From assembly GCA_963725865.1 (NCBI GenBank), contig CAVSAC010000011.1, forward strand, positions 1 to 64,000: DNA of 64,000 nt, given 5' to 3'. Each line of letters opens with the position of its first letter. Position 1 is the stretch's first letter. This DNA is from Candidatus Eiseniibacteriota bacterium (GTDB lineage Bacteria > Eisenbacteria > RBG-16-71-46). A program made the translations under genes and the position numbers. The notes below the pieces were generated by a model. The model did no database searches, was not told where the DNA came from, and saw only the letters and a program-made list of their open reading frames with translations. Of this stretch, positions 52,273 to 63,358 are shown piece after piece.

Positions 52273-55200
52273 ATGCGCCGTCCCATCGTTCCGCCGCTCG
52301 CTCTGGCCCTCGCGCTCATGGTGGCGCTCGCGGGACCGGTGCGCGCGGCGGACGCGCCGTTCGTGGACGGCCACGTGCTGGTGCGCTGGAAGAGCGGGGT
52401 CACGACCGCGACGCGCCGCGCGCTGCGCGCCACGGTCACGGCGAGCCCGAGCCGGATCTACGACTTCATCGACGCCGAGCTGCTCGACGTGCCCGCGGGC
52501 ACCGTGGCCGCGAGCGTGGCGCGGCTGGCGCTGGACCCGAGCGTGGAGTGGGCCGAGCCCGACTACCTCTGGCACGCCAGCGTCACCCCGGACGACTCGC
52601 TCTTCACCCGGCAGTGGGCGCTGCGCAACACCGGCCAGACCGGCGGCACACCCGGCGCCGACATCCACGCCACCACCGCGTGGGACGTGTCCACCGGCGA
52701 CTCGACGCTGATGATCGGCGTCATCGACACCGGCATCGACTACACGCACCCCGACCTGGCCGGGAACATCTGGACCAACCCGGGCGAGATCCCCGGCAAC
52801 GGCATCGACGACGACGGCGATGGCTACGTCGACGACGTGCACGGCTACGACTTCGACAACAACGACGGCGACCCGCTCGACGACAACGGCCACGGCACGC
52901 ACGTCGCCGGCACCATCGCCGCGCGGGCGGACAACGGCCTCGGCGTGGCCGGCGTGTGCTGGCGCGCGCGGCTGGTGCCGATCAAGTTCCTCGGCGCCTC
53001 GGGCACCGGCAGCATCGTCGGACGCGATCGCGGCGCTCGAGTACGCGCTGCGCGTCGGCGTGCGCATCACGAACAACTCGTGGGGCGGCGGGCCGTTCTC
53101 GCGCGCGCTGCAGGACGCCCTCGACGCGGCCGGCGCGGCCGGCCAGCTGATGGTGGCCGCGGCGGGGAACTCGGCGTGGACAACGACGTCGTCCCGTCTA
53201 CCCGGCGTGCGTACGCGCGCCCGAGGTGATCACGGTCGCCGCCACGGACGACGACTGACGCTGGCGGCGTTCTCGAACTACGGCGCCACCAGCGTCGACC
53301 TCGCGGCGCCCGGCACCGCATCCTGTCGCTGGCCCGGCGGCGGCTCGCGGGCCTCTCGGGCACGTCCATGGCGACCCCGCACGTGACCGGGGTGGCGGCG
53401 CTGCTGTGGCGCCGCTTCCCGGCCCTGAGCGCGGCCGAGGTGAAGGCGCGCCTGCTGGCGGCGGCGGTCACGCTGGCGTCGCTCGCGGGCACCTGCGTCA
53501 CCGGCGGGCGGCTCGACGCGGTCTCGACCATCGCGGATCCCGACACCATCGCGCCGGGATCGATCAGCGACGTCCGCGCGGTGGACGCGGGCTCGAACTT
53601 GGCACCTGGCGTGGACCGCCACCGGCGACGACTCCAGCGCCGGGCCCGCCTCCAGCTACGACGTGCGCGTCGCGACGGCGCCGATCACCGAGGCGAGCTT
53701 CGCGGCCGCGCGGCTGGTGCGGGCCGCGACCCGGCGCAGCGGGCAGCGGCGAGCGCTTCGAGGTCGTCGGGCTCTCGCCCCTCACGAACTACTGGTTCGC
53801 GGTGCGCGCCCGCGACGAGTTCGGCAACCCCGGCGCACTGTCGAACGTCGCGGCGCGCACCACGCTCGAACCGCCGGGGCTCGCGGTCACGCCCGATTCG
53901 CTCGCGGCCGCGCTCGACGGGGGGGCGCGACCACGCGCGCGCTGACGATCGCCAACACCGCCAGGGCACGCTCGACTGGAGCGCGCCGCTGCCCGAGCTG
54001 GCATTCGCGACCCAGGCGCCGCTCGCCGCGCGTGCCCGCGGCCAAGGGCGAGGCCGGTGCCGTGAACCCGCCGGTGGCGCTCGGACGCGGCGGACCCGAC
54101 GCGTTCGGCTACCGCTGGGTCGACACCGACCAGTCCGGCGGCCCGCGCTTCGCATGGGTGGACATCGCGCGCGCGGCGCCGAGCTGGACGATGGCCGGCG
54201 ACGACGCGGTCTCCCGCGCCGCTCGAGCTCGGCTTCGCGTTCCCGTTCTACGGCGGCACGTTCACCAGCGTGCGCGTGTGCACGAACGGCTTCCTCTCGT
54301 TCGCGGAGCGTAGGCGGCGTACGCGAACCAGCCGCTGCCGCGGCGCCGCGCCCGGCCGACCTGGTCGCGCCGTTCTGGGACGACCTGACTTCGGCTTCGG
54401 CGCGCGCCGTGCGTACGCTGGCCGACGGCGCGCCGCTTCGTCGTGTCGTGGGTCGCGGTGCCGCGTTACGCCGGTGGCGAGCCGTGACGTTCCAGGCCAT
54501 CCTCGAGCCGAGCGGCGAGATCCGCTACCAGTACCTCGCGCTCGGGCGAGCCGGCCCCGCGCCACGGTGGGCATCCAGGACGCCACCGCGGCGTCGGGCT
54601 CACGGTGGCGTTCAACCCGCCGTACGTGCACGACAGCCTCGCGGTGCGGTTCGTGCCGCTGCCGCAGTGGCTCACGATCGCGCCCGCGGGCGGGCGCGTC
54701 GGCGCCGGCGCCTCCCAGGACGCCACGGTGCGGATCGAGTCCACCGGGCTCCTGGCCGGCACCTACCGCGGCACGGTCCGACTGCGCTCCAACGATCCGG
54801 CGCGCGCCGTCGCCGAGGTGCCGGTGCGCCTCGACGTGCGCGGCGCGCCGGACCTGCTGGCGCGCCCGCGCGCGCTCGACTTCGCCGACGTGTTCGTCGC
54901 CGGCCAGGCGAGCCGCACCCTCGCCATCCTGGACCAGGGCACCGACTCGCTGCGCGTGAGTGCGATCGACGGCGGCGATCCCCGCGTCACCGCCACGCCG
55001 GGCGCGTTCGCGCTCGCGCCGGGAGAGAGCCGCGTGGTCACGGTGACCTTCGCGCCGCCCGCGCCGGGGCCGCTCGCGGCCACGCTCACGCTCGTCAGCG
55101 ACGACCCCGACACGCCGCGCTACCCGGTGGCGCTCACCGGCCAGGCGGTGCCGGCGCCGAACGCGAGCGTGGCGCCCGAGTCGCTGAGCGCCGCGCTCGC

Positions 55201-58200
55201 GAGCAACGCGGCCGACACCCGCGTGCTGCGCGTCACCAACACCGGCGCGGGACCCTACACGTTCACGGTCGAGACCCTGGCGGGCGAGGGGAGCGCGGCG
55301 GGCGCGGTCGCGCCGCCGGCCGGAGCGGTCCCGTCGCCCGGGGCCCTCGCGCCGTTCGCGGCGGGAGGTCCCGATGCCTTCGGCTACACCTGGCGCGACA
55401 GCGACGCGCCGGGCGGGCCCGCGTTCACGTGGGAGGACGTGCGCCTCAGCGGCACGCGGCTGGCGCTCAGCGGGGACGACGCGCTCAGCGCGCCGGTGCC
55501 GATCGGCTTCGACTTCCCGTTCTACGGCGCGCCGCGCCGCGCGCTGCGGGTGTGCACCAACGGCTGGATCTCGTTCAGCGACAGCACGCGCGTCACCGCC
55601 GCCAACACGCCGCTGCCGAGCGTGTCGCCGGGGGCGCCCTCGGACCTGCTGGCGGCGTTCTGGGACGACCTGGTGTTCGGCGCCGAGCGGCGCGCCTGGG
55701 TGCTGTCGGCTCCGCAGCGCTGCGTGATCCAGTACCAGGACGTGCCGCGCTTCGGCTCGGGCGAGGCGGGCCGGCCCAACACCTTCGAGATCGCACTGTT
55801 CCCCGACGGCAGCATCGAGTTCCGCTACCTCGCCCTGCGCGCGGCAGTGCGGTCGAGCGCCACGGTGGGGATCCAGGACTCCACCCGCGACGATGGCCTG
55901 CAGGTCGCGTTCGACACCGCCTACCTGCGCGACAGCCTCGCGGTGCGCTTCCGTCCGCCGCTGCGCTGGCTGGGCGTGAGCCCCGGCGCAGGGCGTGGTC
56001 GCGTCGGGTGGCACGCTGGGCATCTCGCGGTGCGCTTCGACGCCACCGCGCTGTTCGGCGGCACCTACGCCGCGACACTGCGGCTGGTGGGCGACGATCC
56101 CGTGCGTCCGCAGCTCGCGGTGCCGTGCCGGCTCACGGTGCGCGGCGTGCCCGACGCGCGGGTCGCGCCCGCGTCCCTCGACTTCGGCCTCACCTACCAG
56201 GGCTGGCCGCGGACGCTGCCGCTCGAGGTGCGCAACGCGGGCACCGACACGCTGCACGTGCTCGGGCTGGCCAGCGCGGACGCGCAGGTGCGGGTCGACG
56301 AGCCCAAGTTCGCGGTGCCGCCCCTTTCGAGCCGCACGGTGCGGGTCACGTTCGCCCCGAGCGGACCGGGCACGCTGGTCGGGGCGCTGGAGCTCGCCTG
56401 CGACGATCCCGACACGCCGGCGCTGACGCTCCCGCTCGCCGGCGCGGCGCTCGATCCGCCGCGCGCGGCGGTGAGCCCGACGGCGCTCGACGCGCTCGCG
56501 GCGCGCGGCACGGTCGCGGCGGCGGCCGAGCGGGTGCGCGCGGTGGTGGTGCGCAACGACGGCGCGAGCCCGCTCCACTGGACCGCGACGGTGCGGCTCG
56601 GGCCGGCGATCGCGGGCGCGGCGCCGCCGCTCGATGCCGAGGAGCCGAAGGGATCCCCCGGGAGCCCGGGTACCCGCGGCGGCGGCGGACCGGATCCGTT
56701 CGGCTATGCCTGGACCGACAGCGACGAGCCCGGCGGGCCGCCGTTCGCGTGGGTGGACGCGCGCGCCGGCGCCACGCTGCTGCCGTTCGTCGCCGACGAC
56801 CAGACCGTGACCGGCATCGCGCTGCCGTTCGCGTTCCCGTTCTACGGGCGCCGCTTCGATCACGTCAACGTGTGCACCAACGGCTGGCTCTCGTTCACCA
56901 GCGCGCGCACCACCTTCACCAACACCGGCCTGCCGGATGCGGGGGCGGCGGTGCCCGAGAACCTGGTGGCGCCGCTGTGGGACGACCAGGACTTCGATCT
57001 CGCCACCGGGGCGGGGCAGGCGTCGTGGAACGTGGTGGACGGCGCGTTCGTGGTGACCTTCGCCGGCGTGCGCCACGCCGGCGGCGGCGGCCCGTACACC
57101 TACCAGGCGGTGCTCCACCCGAGCGGGGACATCGACTTCCAGTACCTGAGCCTCGCGGCGCCGCTCACCAGCGCGACGGTCGGGATCCAGGACTCGAGCC
57201 GCACGCTCGGGCTCCAGGTGGTGGCCAACGCCGGTTACCTGCACGACCGCCTGCGGGTGCGCATCGCGCGGGTCGAGCCGTGGCTGGCGCTCGACCGCGA
57301 CAGCGGCAGCGTGGCGCCCGGCGCCACCGACACGGTGCGCGTGCGACTGCGCGCCGCCGACCGCGACTCGGCGCGCTACCGCGGCGAGGTGCGCATCGCC
57401 AGCGACGATCCGGCCCACCCGGTGCTCGCGGTGCCGTGCGGGCTCGAGGTCGCGCTCGAGCGCGCCGCGCTCGCGCACACCGCGGCGCCCCTGAGCGCGG
57501 CGCTGGGCGGCGACACCCTGCGCCTGGTGGCGGGCGCGGGGCTGCTCGCGCATCCACTCGGCGCCTATGCGGGCGAGGTGCCGGCACCGCCGCGCGCCGG
57601 CGCCGACGGGGGCTGGGCGTTCGCGTTCGACCTGTTCGCGGCGCGCGCGGCGGCGGCGGCCGCCGGGGGCGTGCTGGCGCTCGCGATCGAGGACTCGGCG
57701 CGGGCCTGGGTGACGACCCTCGACACGCTCCGGGTGCCGAAGGCCACGCTCGGCGGGGACACTCCGGTGCACGCGCTGGGCTCCGGCCTCGACACCGCGC
57801 GGGTGAGCGCGGGCGCGCGCTTCGACCTGGCGTGGGACGATCCGGCGGAGGCGCCGGCGACGAGCTGGCAGGTGTGGCTGTCGCCGGACGGCGGGCACAC
57901 CTGGCGCCCGCTCGCGCTCGGGCTGGCCGAGCGCCGTGCGGCGCTGGCGTGGCCCGCCGAGCCCGCGGCCCTGGCGCGGCTCGAGGTCACCGGCCTGGCC
58001 GCGGGCGGCGTGGCGTGGTCGTGGCTGTCCGACCCGTTCACGATCCAGCCGTCGGGGGCCGCGCCGCCGCTCGCGTTCGCGCTCGCGCTGGCGGGACCCA
58101 ACCCGGCCATCGCCGAGGTGGCGCTGGAGCTGGCGCTGCCGCGCCCTGCCGCGGTCACGCTCGAGGTGCTCGACGTCCGCGGCGCGCGGGTACGGCGCGA

Positions 58201-58348
58201 CGGGCCGCGCCTGCTCGAGGCCGGCCGCCATGCCTGGAGCTGGGATGGCCGCGACGGGGCCGGCCGCCCCGCGCCACCCGGGCTGTATCTCGTGCGCGTG
58301 AGCGCGCCGGGCCACAGCGCCACGCGGCGCGTCATCCTGCTGCGCTGA
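52273..58348 (+). CDS. Giant secreted S8 subtilase: S8, Fn3, three GGPDxFGY repeat modules, Ig-like domains and FlgD-like CTD (indels 53000-54600)
   Basis: Signal peptide; triad VIDTG / HGTHVAG / [13 protein letters not shown](A/P)FGY at about 54090, 55360 and 56685; CTD PNP...DVRG.RVR...WDGRD..G...PGLY. Confidence 0.88.
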
Positions 58349-58535
58349 CGCGCCCGCCGCGTGGCGCGGCGACCCGCTCGTCGCTCGGGCGGCCGCGCTG
58401 GTCCGATGGCGGCAACACCATCCCGCTGGCAACCGTCCACGGAGCGTACGGGCTGGACGGCGTTGGCAGGGCATGGAAGACTGCCGCGCGAGCCGTCCCG
58501 TCGGATCCCCCGGGCGCTGCCTGCCCCATGAGGCG

Positions 58536-60832
58536 ATGAACTCCTTCCTCCTGCTCTCGACGCTGAACCTCTCGCTGGGCGGACTGGTGTTCCTGCTCGG
58601 CTTCGTGATCCTGCGCGAGAACCCGGGTCAGCGGCTCAACCGCGTGGTCGCCCTGATGCTGTTCTTCGGCGGCTTCGGGGCGGTGCTGGCGGCGCTCTCC
58701 TTCATGGCCGCCCAGAGCGCCAAGGGCGCGGCGGCCACCGCGCCGCTGCTGCAGAGCATGTCGTACGTCTGGGAGTTCTTCTTCCCGACGCTGTTCCTGT
58801 TCGCGTGCATCTTCCCCGAGGACCGCCGCTTCATCCGCCGGCTCTCGGAGCGCCGCTGGGGCTTCGGCCTGCCCGGCTTCGAGACGCTGGTGTACGCGCC
58901 TCACGTGGTGCACTTCGCCCTCGCGCTGGCGCTGAGCTTCTGGCGCCCCGACTTCAAGCTCGGCGGCGGCCACGGCACCACCCAGCTGCTGTCCTCGCTG
59001 CTGAGCGTGTTCGGGCTGGTGGTCGAGCTGTTCCTGCTGGTGCATCGCGCGCTGTTCTCGCTGGTGAACCTCGGCTTCGGCCTCGCCGACCATGGTGCTG
59101 CTGTTCGACGCCTACCGCCACGCACGCGTGCCGCGGCTGCGCCAGCAGCTGCGCGTGATCGCGGTCGGGCTCTCGGCGTGCCTGGCGTTCTACTCCGCCG
59201 CGACCTCGGTGCCGACGCTGCTGAATCTGCGCCTGTCGGGCAGCCTGCAGGCCGCGCTCACGCTCACCGCGCTCACGCTCGGCCCGGGCGCCATCGCCTA
59301 CGCGGTGGTGCGCCACAAGTTCCTCGACGCGCGCCTGATCGCGCGCCGCGGCATCCTCTACACCCTGGTCTCCGGCGCGCTGGTGGGGCTCTACCTGCTG
59401 CTGGTCGAGCGCCTCAACCGCGCGCTGCCTGGGCTCACCGGGCTCGACGCGCGCGTGCTCGGCCCGGTGTTCCTGGTGCTGGCCCTGGCGCTCTACCAGC
59501 CCGCGATCGCGCGGCTCGAGGAATGGCTCGACCGCGTGCTGATGCGCGACCCCAACGACTACCGCAACGTGCTGCGCGCGCTCGGCCGTGACCTGCAGAC
59601 CACCATCGACCTCGAGGAGTTGCTCGGGCGCACCATCCGCACGCTCGCCGGCGCGCTGATGCCGCGTGGGGCGTGGATCGTCGCGCTCACCGGCGACGGC
59701 GCGTCGTCACGCAGCGGCGTGGGCGGCGACCTCTCGGCCCGAGGCCGCTGGCCCAGCTGCGCACGCTGCTGCCCAAGGTGGACGCCAGCGTGACCAGCGC
59801 CCGCTGCGCCGACGGCATCCCCGGGCTCGACGAGAGCGAGTGCCGCGCGTTGTCGCGGCTGCCCGGGGTGGCGCTGCTGGTGCCGCTGCGCTGGCGCGAC
59901 GACCTGGTGGGGGCGATCCTGCTCGGCCCCAAGCTGGTGGGCACCGACTACACCGCCGAGGACGTGAGCCTGCTCACCACCCTGGCGGCGCAGGTGTCGG
60001 TGTCGCTGCAGAACGCGCTGCTGCTCACCGAGCGCGTGGCGCTGGCGCGGGTGGAGCAGGAGCTGGCGCTGGCGCAGCGCATCCAGCGCGCCTCGCTGCT
60101 GTCGGAGTTCCCGACGCTGCCGCGCTGCGAGGTGCACGCGTTCTACATCCCGTCCAAGGAGGTGGGCGGCGACTTCTACGACGTCGTCGGCACCGGCGAC
60201 GGAGCGCACCTGGTCGCCATCGCCGACGTCTCGGGCAAGGGCGTGCCCGCGGCGCTGCTGTCGGCGATGCTGCAGGCCTCGCTGCGCACCCAGGCCACCA
60301 GCGTGCGGGCGCCCGCCGAGATCCTCCACAACATCAACACGCTCCTCTACCACAGCACCGACCTGAACCAGTTCGCGACCTTCTTCCTGGCCCGCGTCGA
60401 CGGGGCCAGCCTCGACGTGACGTTCTCCAACGCCGGGCACAACTGGCCGGTGCTGCTGCGCCGCGGCGGCGGGCGCGAATTCCTGGTGCGCGGCGGCACG
60501 CCGCTCGGCATCCTCGAGGACGGCGCGTTCGAGACCGACCGGGTGGCCCTGCGCCCCGGCGACGTGGTGCTGCTCTATACCGACGGCATCACCGAGGCGC
60601 GCGACGCGCACGACGAGGAGTTCGGCGAGGAGCGCCTGCTGGCGCTGGCGGAGTCGCTGCCGCGCGAGCTCAGCGCGCGCGCCTTCGGCGAGCGCCTGCT
60701 CGCGGGCCATCGCGCCTTCCTCGACGGCCGCGAGCAGCAGGACGACATCACGCTGGTGGTGCTGCGCGCGCTCGCGCCGAGCCGGCGCACGCCGACTCGA
60801 CGCCGCTGCCGCAGGCGGTCGCGGCGGGCTGA
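58536..60832 (+). CDS. Multi-TM sensor - GAF-like - SpoIIE/RsbU PP2C phosphatase (indels)
   Basis: Many TM helices, YAVVRHKFLD, LVPL..R..LVG.ILLGPK..G..Y..ED..LL, VGGDFYD, IADVSGKG, YTDGITEA, DDIT. Confidence 0.88.
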
Positions 60833-60841
60833 GCTACCGGC

Positions 60842-61375
60842 TCACCCGCGCCGCGGTCCGCGCAGGCCGAGCGCCGCCTCCTCGGCCGGGATGCGGATCG
60901 CGAGCGCCACCACGTTCACCGCCGTCGCCGCCAGCGCGGTGCGCCACGCGCCGAACATGAGCGGCGCCGCGAGCAGCTCGATCGCGACCGCGACGTAGTT
61001 GGGGTGGCGCAGCCAGCGATACGGACCGGTGGCCACCGGCGGCGCGCCCGGCAGCACCCACACCCGCACCGTCCAGCGCTCGCCCAGGGTGCGGATCGCC
61101 CAGGTGCGCAGCAGCTGGGCGGCCAGGAACGCCGCGAGCGCGAGCGGCCAGGCGTGCGGCGGGCGCGCGCCGAGCCCGAGGACCTCGCCGATCAGCGCCA
61201 GCGGCCAGGCGACGTGCAGCGCGACGAACAGCGGGAAGTGCGCCGCGGCGTGCTCGACCGCGCCACGCGCCGCCAGCGCGCGGGCGTGGCGCGCCGAGAG
61301 CGCCAGCTCGGAGAGGCGCTGGGCGACGATGAAGGCGAGGAAGGCCGCCAGCGGCAGCAGCGGTGCGGGGCTCAC
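60842..61375 (-). CDS. Isoprenylcysteine carboxyl methyltransferase family (BpsB/SrsB-like)
   Basis: QRLSEL, LR.WAI.TLGERWT, GPYRWLRHPNY, RI..EE. Confidence 0.9.
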   Translation of the reverse strand: MSPAPLLPLAAFLAFIVAQRLSELALSARHARALAARGAVEHAAAHFPLFVALHVAWPLALIGEVLGLGARPPHAWPLALAAFLAAQLLRTWAIRTLGERWTVRVWVLPGAPPVATGPYRWLRHPNYVAVAIELLAAPLMFGAWRTALAATAVNVVALAIRIPAEEAALGLRGPRRG

Positions 61376-62469
61376 GCGGTGGGGCGGCGCATCAGCACCA
61401 TCTCGGAGGCGAAGCCGGGCCCGAGCGCGGCGAGCAGCGCGTGCTGGCCGGCCCCGAGGCCGCCGGAGTCGAGCAGGCGGTCGAGCACGAACAGGCAGGT
61501 CGGCGACGACATGTTGCCGCAGTCGCGCAGCGTCTCGCGCGCGTGGACGAAATCCGCCGGGTCGCGGCCGAGCGCCGCCGCGTAGGCGGCGATCACCTTG
61601 GGCCCGCCGGGGTGCGCCACCACGTGCGGGAGCGAGGCGGTGTCGAGGCCGTGCGCGGCGAGGAAGTCGTCGACCGCCGGACGCACCCACTCGCGCACGA
61701 CGGTGGGGATGTCGCGCGAGAACACCACGTGCAGGCCGGTCCCGTCCACCTCCCAGCCCATGATGTCGAGACTGTCGGGCCACAGCGTGCTGCGCGCGGC
61801 GAGCAGGTCGAGCGTGGAGCGGCCGTCGCTGGCGGCGCCCGGCGCGGGGGCTGCGGCGCCCTGGACCAGCGCGGCCGCGGCGCCATCCGCGAACAGCGAG
61901 GCCGCCACCAGGTTCTGGCGTGAGAGGTCGTCGCGCTGGAAGGTCAGGCTGCACAGCTCCACGCACACGAGCAGCACGCGCGCGGTGGGATCGGCGAGCG
62001 CGAAGTCGCGCGCGCGCGCCAGCCCGGCCGCGCCACCGGCGCAGCCGAGGCCCCACAGCGGGGTCCGGCGCACGTCGCCGCGGCAGCCGAGCCGGCCCGC
62101 GAGCCGCGCGTCGAGGCTCGGCGTCGCGAGCCCGGTCGAGGACACGAACACGATGTGGTCGACGTCGGCGCCGCCGAGTCCGGCGCGCTCGAGCGCGGTG
62201 CGGGCGGCGCGCTCGACGAGCGCCAGCGCGTGCTCGACATAGAGCGCATTGGTGGTGCCGAAGTCACGGGCAGTGGCGAACCACTCCAGCGGCATGCTGA
62301 AGTGCCGGGTCTCGATCCCCGCGTTCTCGAACACGGCGAGCAGGCGCCGGCCGTCGCCTTCGAGGATCCGGGCGAACAGGGTGGAGGCGAAGCGCTGGAC
62401 GTCGTCCTGGCGGACGCGGTGCTGCGGCAGCGCGGTGCCGAGACCGACGAGCCGCGGAGGGTGGGCCAT
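61372..62469 (-). CDS. Type III polyketide synthase (BpsA/SrsA-like)
   Basis: Catalytic GLGCAGG, ELCSLTF, LFADGAAA, HPGGPK, GNMSS, GPGF. Confidence 0.95.
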   Translation of the reverse strand: MAHPPRLVGLGTALPQHRVRQDDVQRFASTLFARILEGDGRRLLAVFENAGIETRHFSMPLEWFATARDFGTTNALYVEHALALVERAARTALERAGLGGADVDHIVFVSSTGLATPSLDARLAGRLGCRGDVRRTPLWGLGCAGGAAGLARARDFALADPTARVLLVCVELCSLTFQRDDLSRQNLVAASLFADGAAAALVQGAAAPAPGAASDGRSTLDLLAARSTLWPDSLDIMGWEVDGTGLHVVFSRDIPTVVREWVRPAVDDFLAAHGLDTASLPHVVAHPGGPKVIAAYAAALGRDPADFVHARETLRDCGNMSSPTCLFVLDRLLDSGGLGAGQHALLAALGPGFASEMVLMRRPTA

Positions 62470-62773
62470 GCTGCTGTGATGCCGCCGACCGGGGCGCGGT
62501 TCAGCCGGCCTTGACCCGGTCGCATGCCGCCGAACGCGACCCGGTGGGGTCGTGCTCCCTGATCCGTTCCGGGCGCGTCGTGACTTGGAAGGGATCCTGC
62601 CGGACGGCCCGGCCGGGGAGCCCGAGGGTCGAGACGGCGGGAAGCCGGGCCACGTCCCGCTCGAGGCCGCGCTCGTGCCATAATCCCCGCGACCGTGCCC
62701 GGCCCGGCGTCACGCCCGACGCGGGCGGGCCGCGCCCTTCCACGCGTCATCGCCCTCGGCCCCGGAGCTCCGC

Positions 62774-63358
62774 ATGGCCCGTCCCGCCGCCGCCGTCGCC
62801 CTCGTCCTGGGTCTCCTCCAGCCGGTCTCCCCCGCGCGCGCCGCGGCGGAGAAGCCGGTGCCGCTGGCGCCCGGTCACGCCCTGCCGCGGCTCACCGGGC
62901 GCATGCTCAGTGGCCGCGACGGCACGCTGCCCGACCGCGCGCGCGGTAAGGTGACGCTGATCATGCTCGGCTTCTCGTACCAGTCGCGCCACGCGGTCGG
63001 GGCCTGGGCCGAGCGCTACCGCGCCCGCTTCGGCGCCGACACCATGGTGACGCTCTACGAGGTGCCGATGATCGGCGGGATGGCGCGCCTCGGGGCGCCC
63101 TTCATCGAGTCCGGGATGCGGCGCGGCACGCCCGGCGAGCTCCATGAGCACGTGATCGTGGTCTACGGCGACACCCGGCCCTGGCGCACCCGCGTGGGGT
63201 ACACTCCCGAGGCTCGCGATGACGCCTACCTGGTGCTGGTCGACCACGCCGGGCTGGTGCGCTGGCTCGGCCACGGACCGTGGGACGAGTCCCTCGCCGC
63301 GAACCTCTTCGCCGCCGTCGAGCGGCTCACCCCCGTCACCCAGGGAGCGACCCCATGA
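62774..63358 (+). CDS. Exported thioredoxin-fold-like hypothetical protein
   Basis: Signal peptide; LP....GKVTLIMLGF, YLVLVD..G.VRW..HG; no CxxC. Confidence 0.6.
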   Translation: MARPAAAVALVLGLLQPVSPARAAAEKPVPLAPGHALPRLTGRMLSGRDGTLPDRARGKVTLIMLGFSYQSRHAVGAWAERYRARFGADTMVTLYEVPMIGGMARLGAPFIESGMRRGTPGELHEHVIVVYGDTRPWRTRVGYTPEARDDAYLVLVDHAGLVRWLGHGPWDESLAANLFAAVERLTPVTQGATP

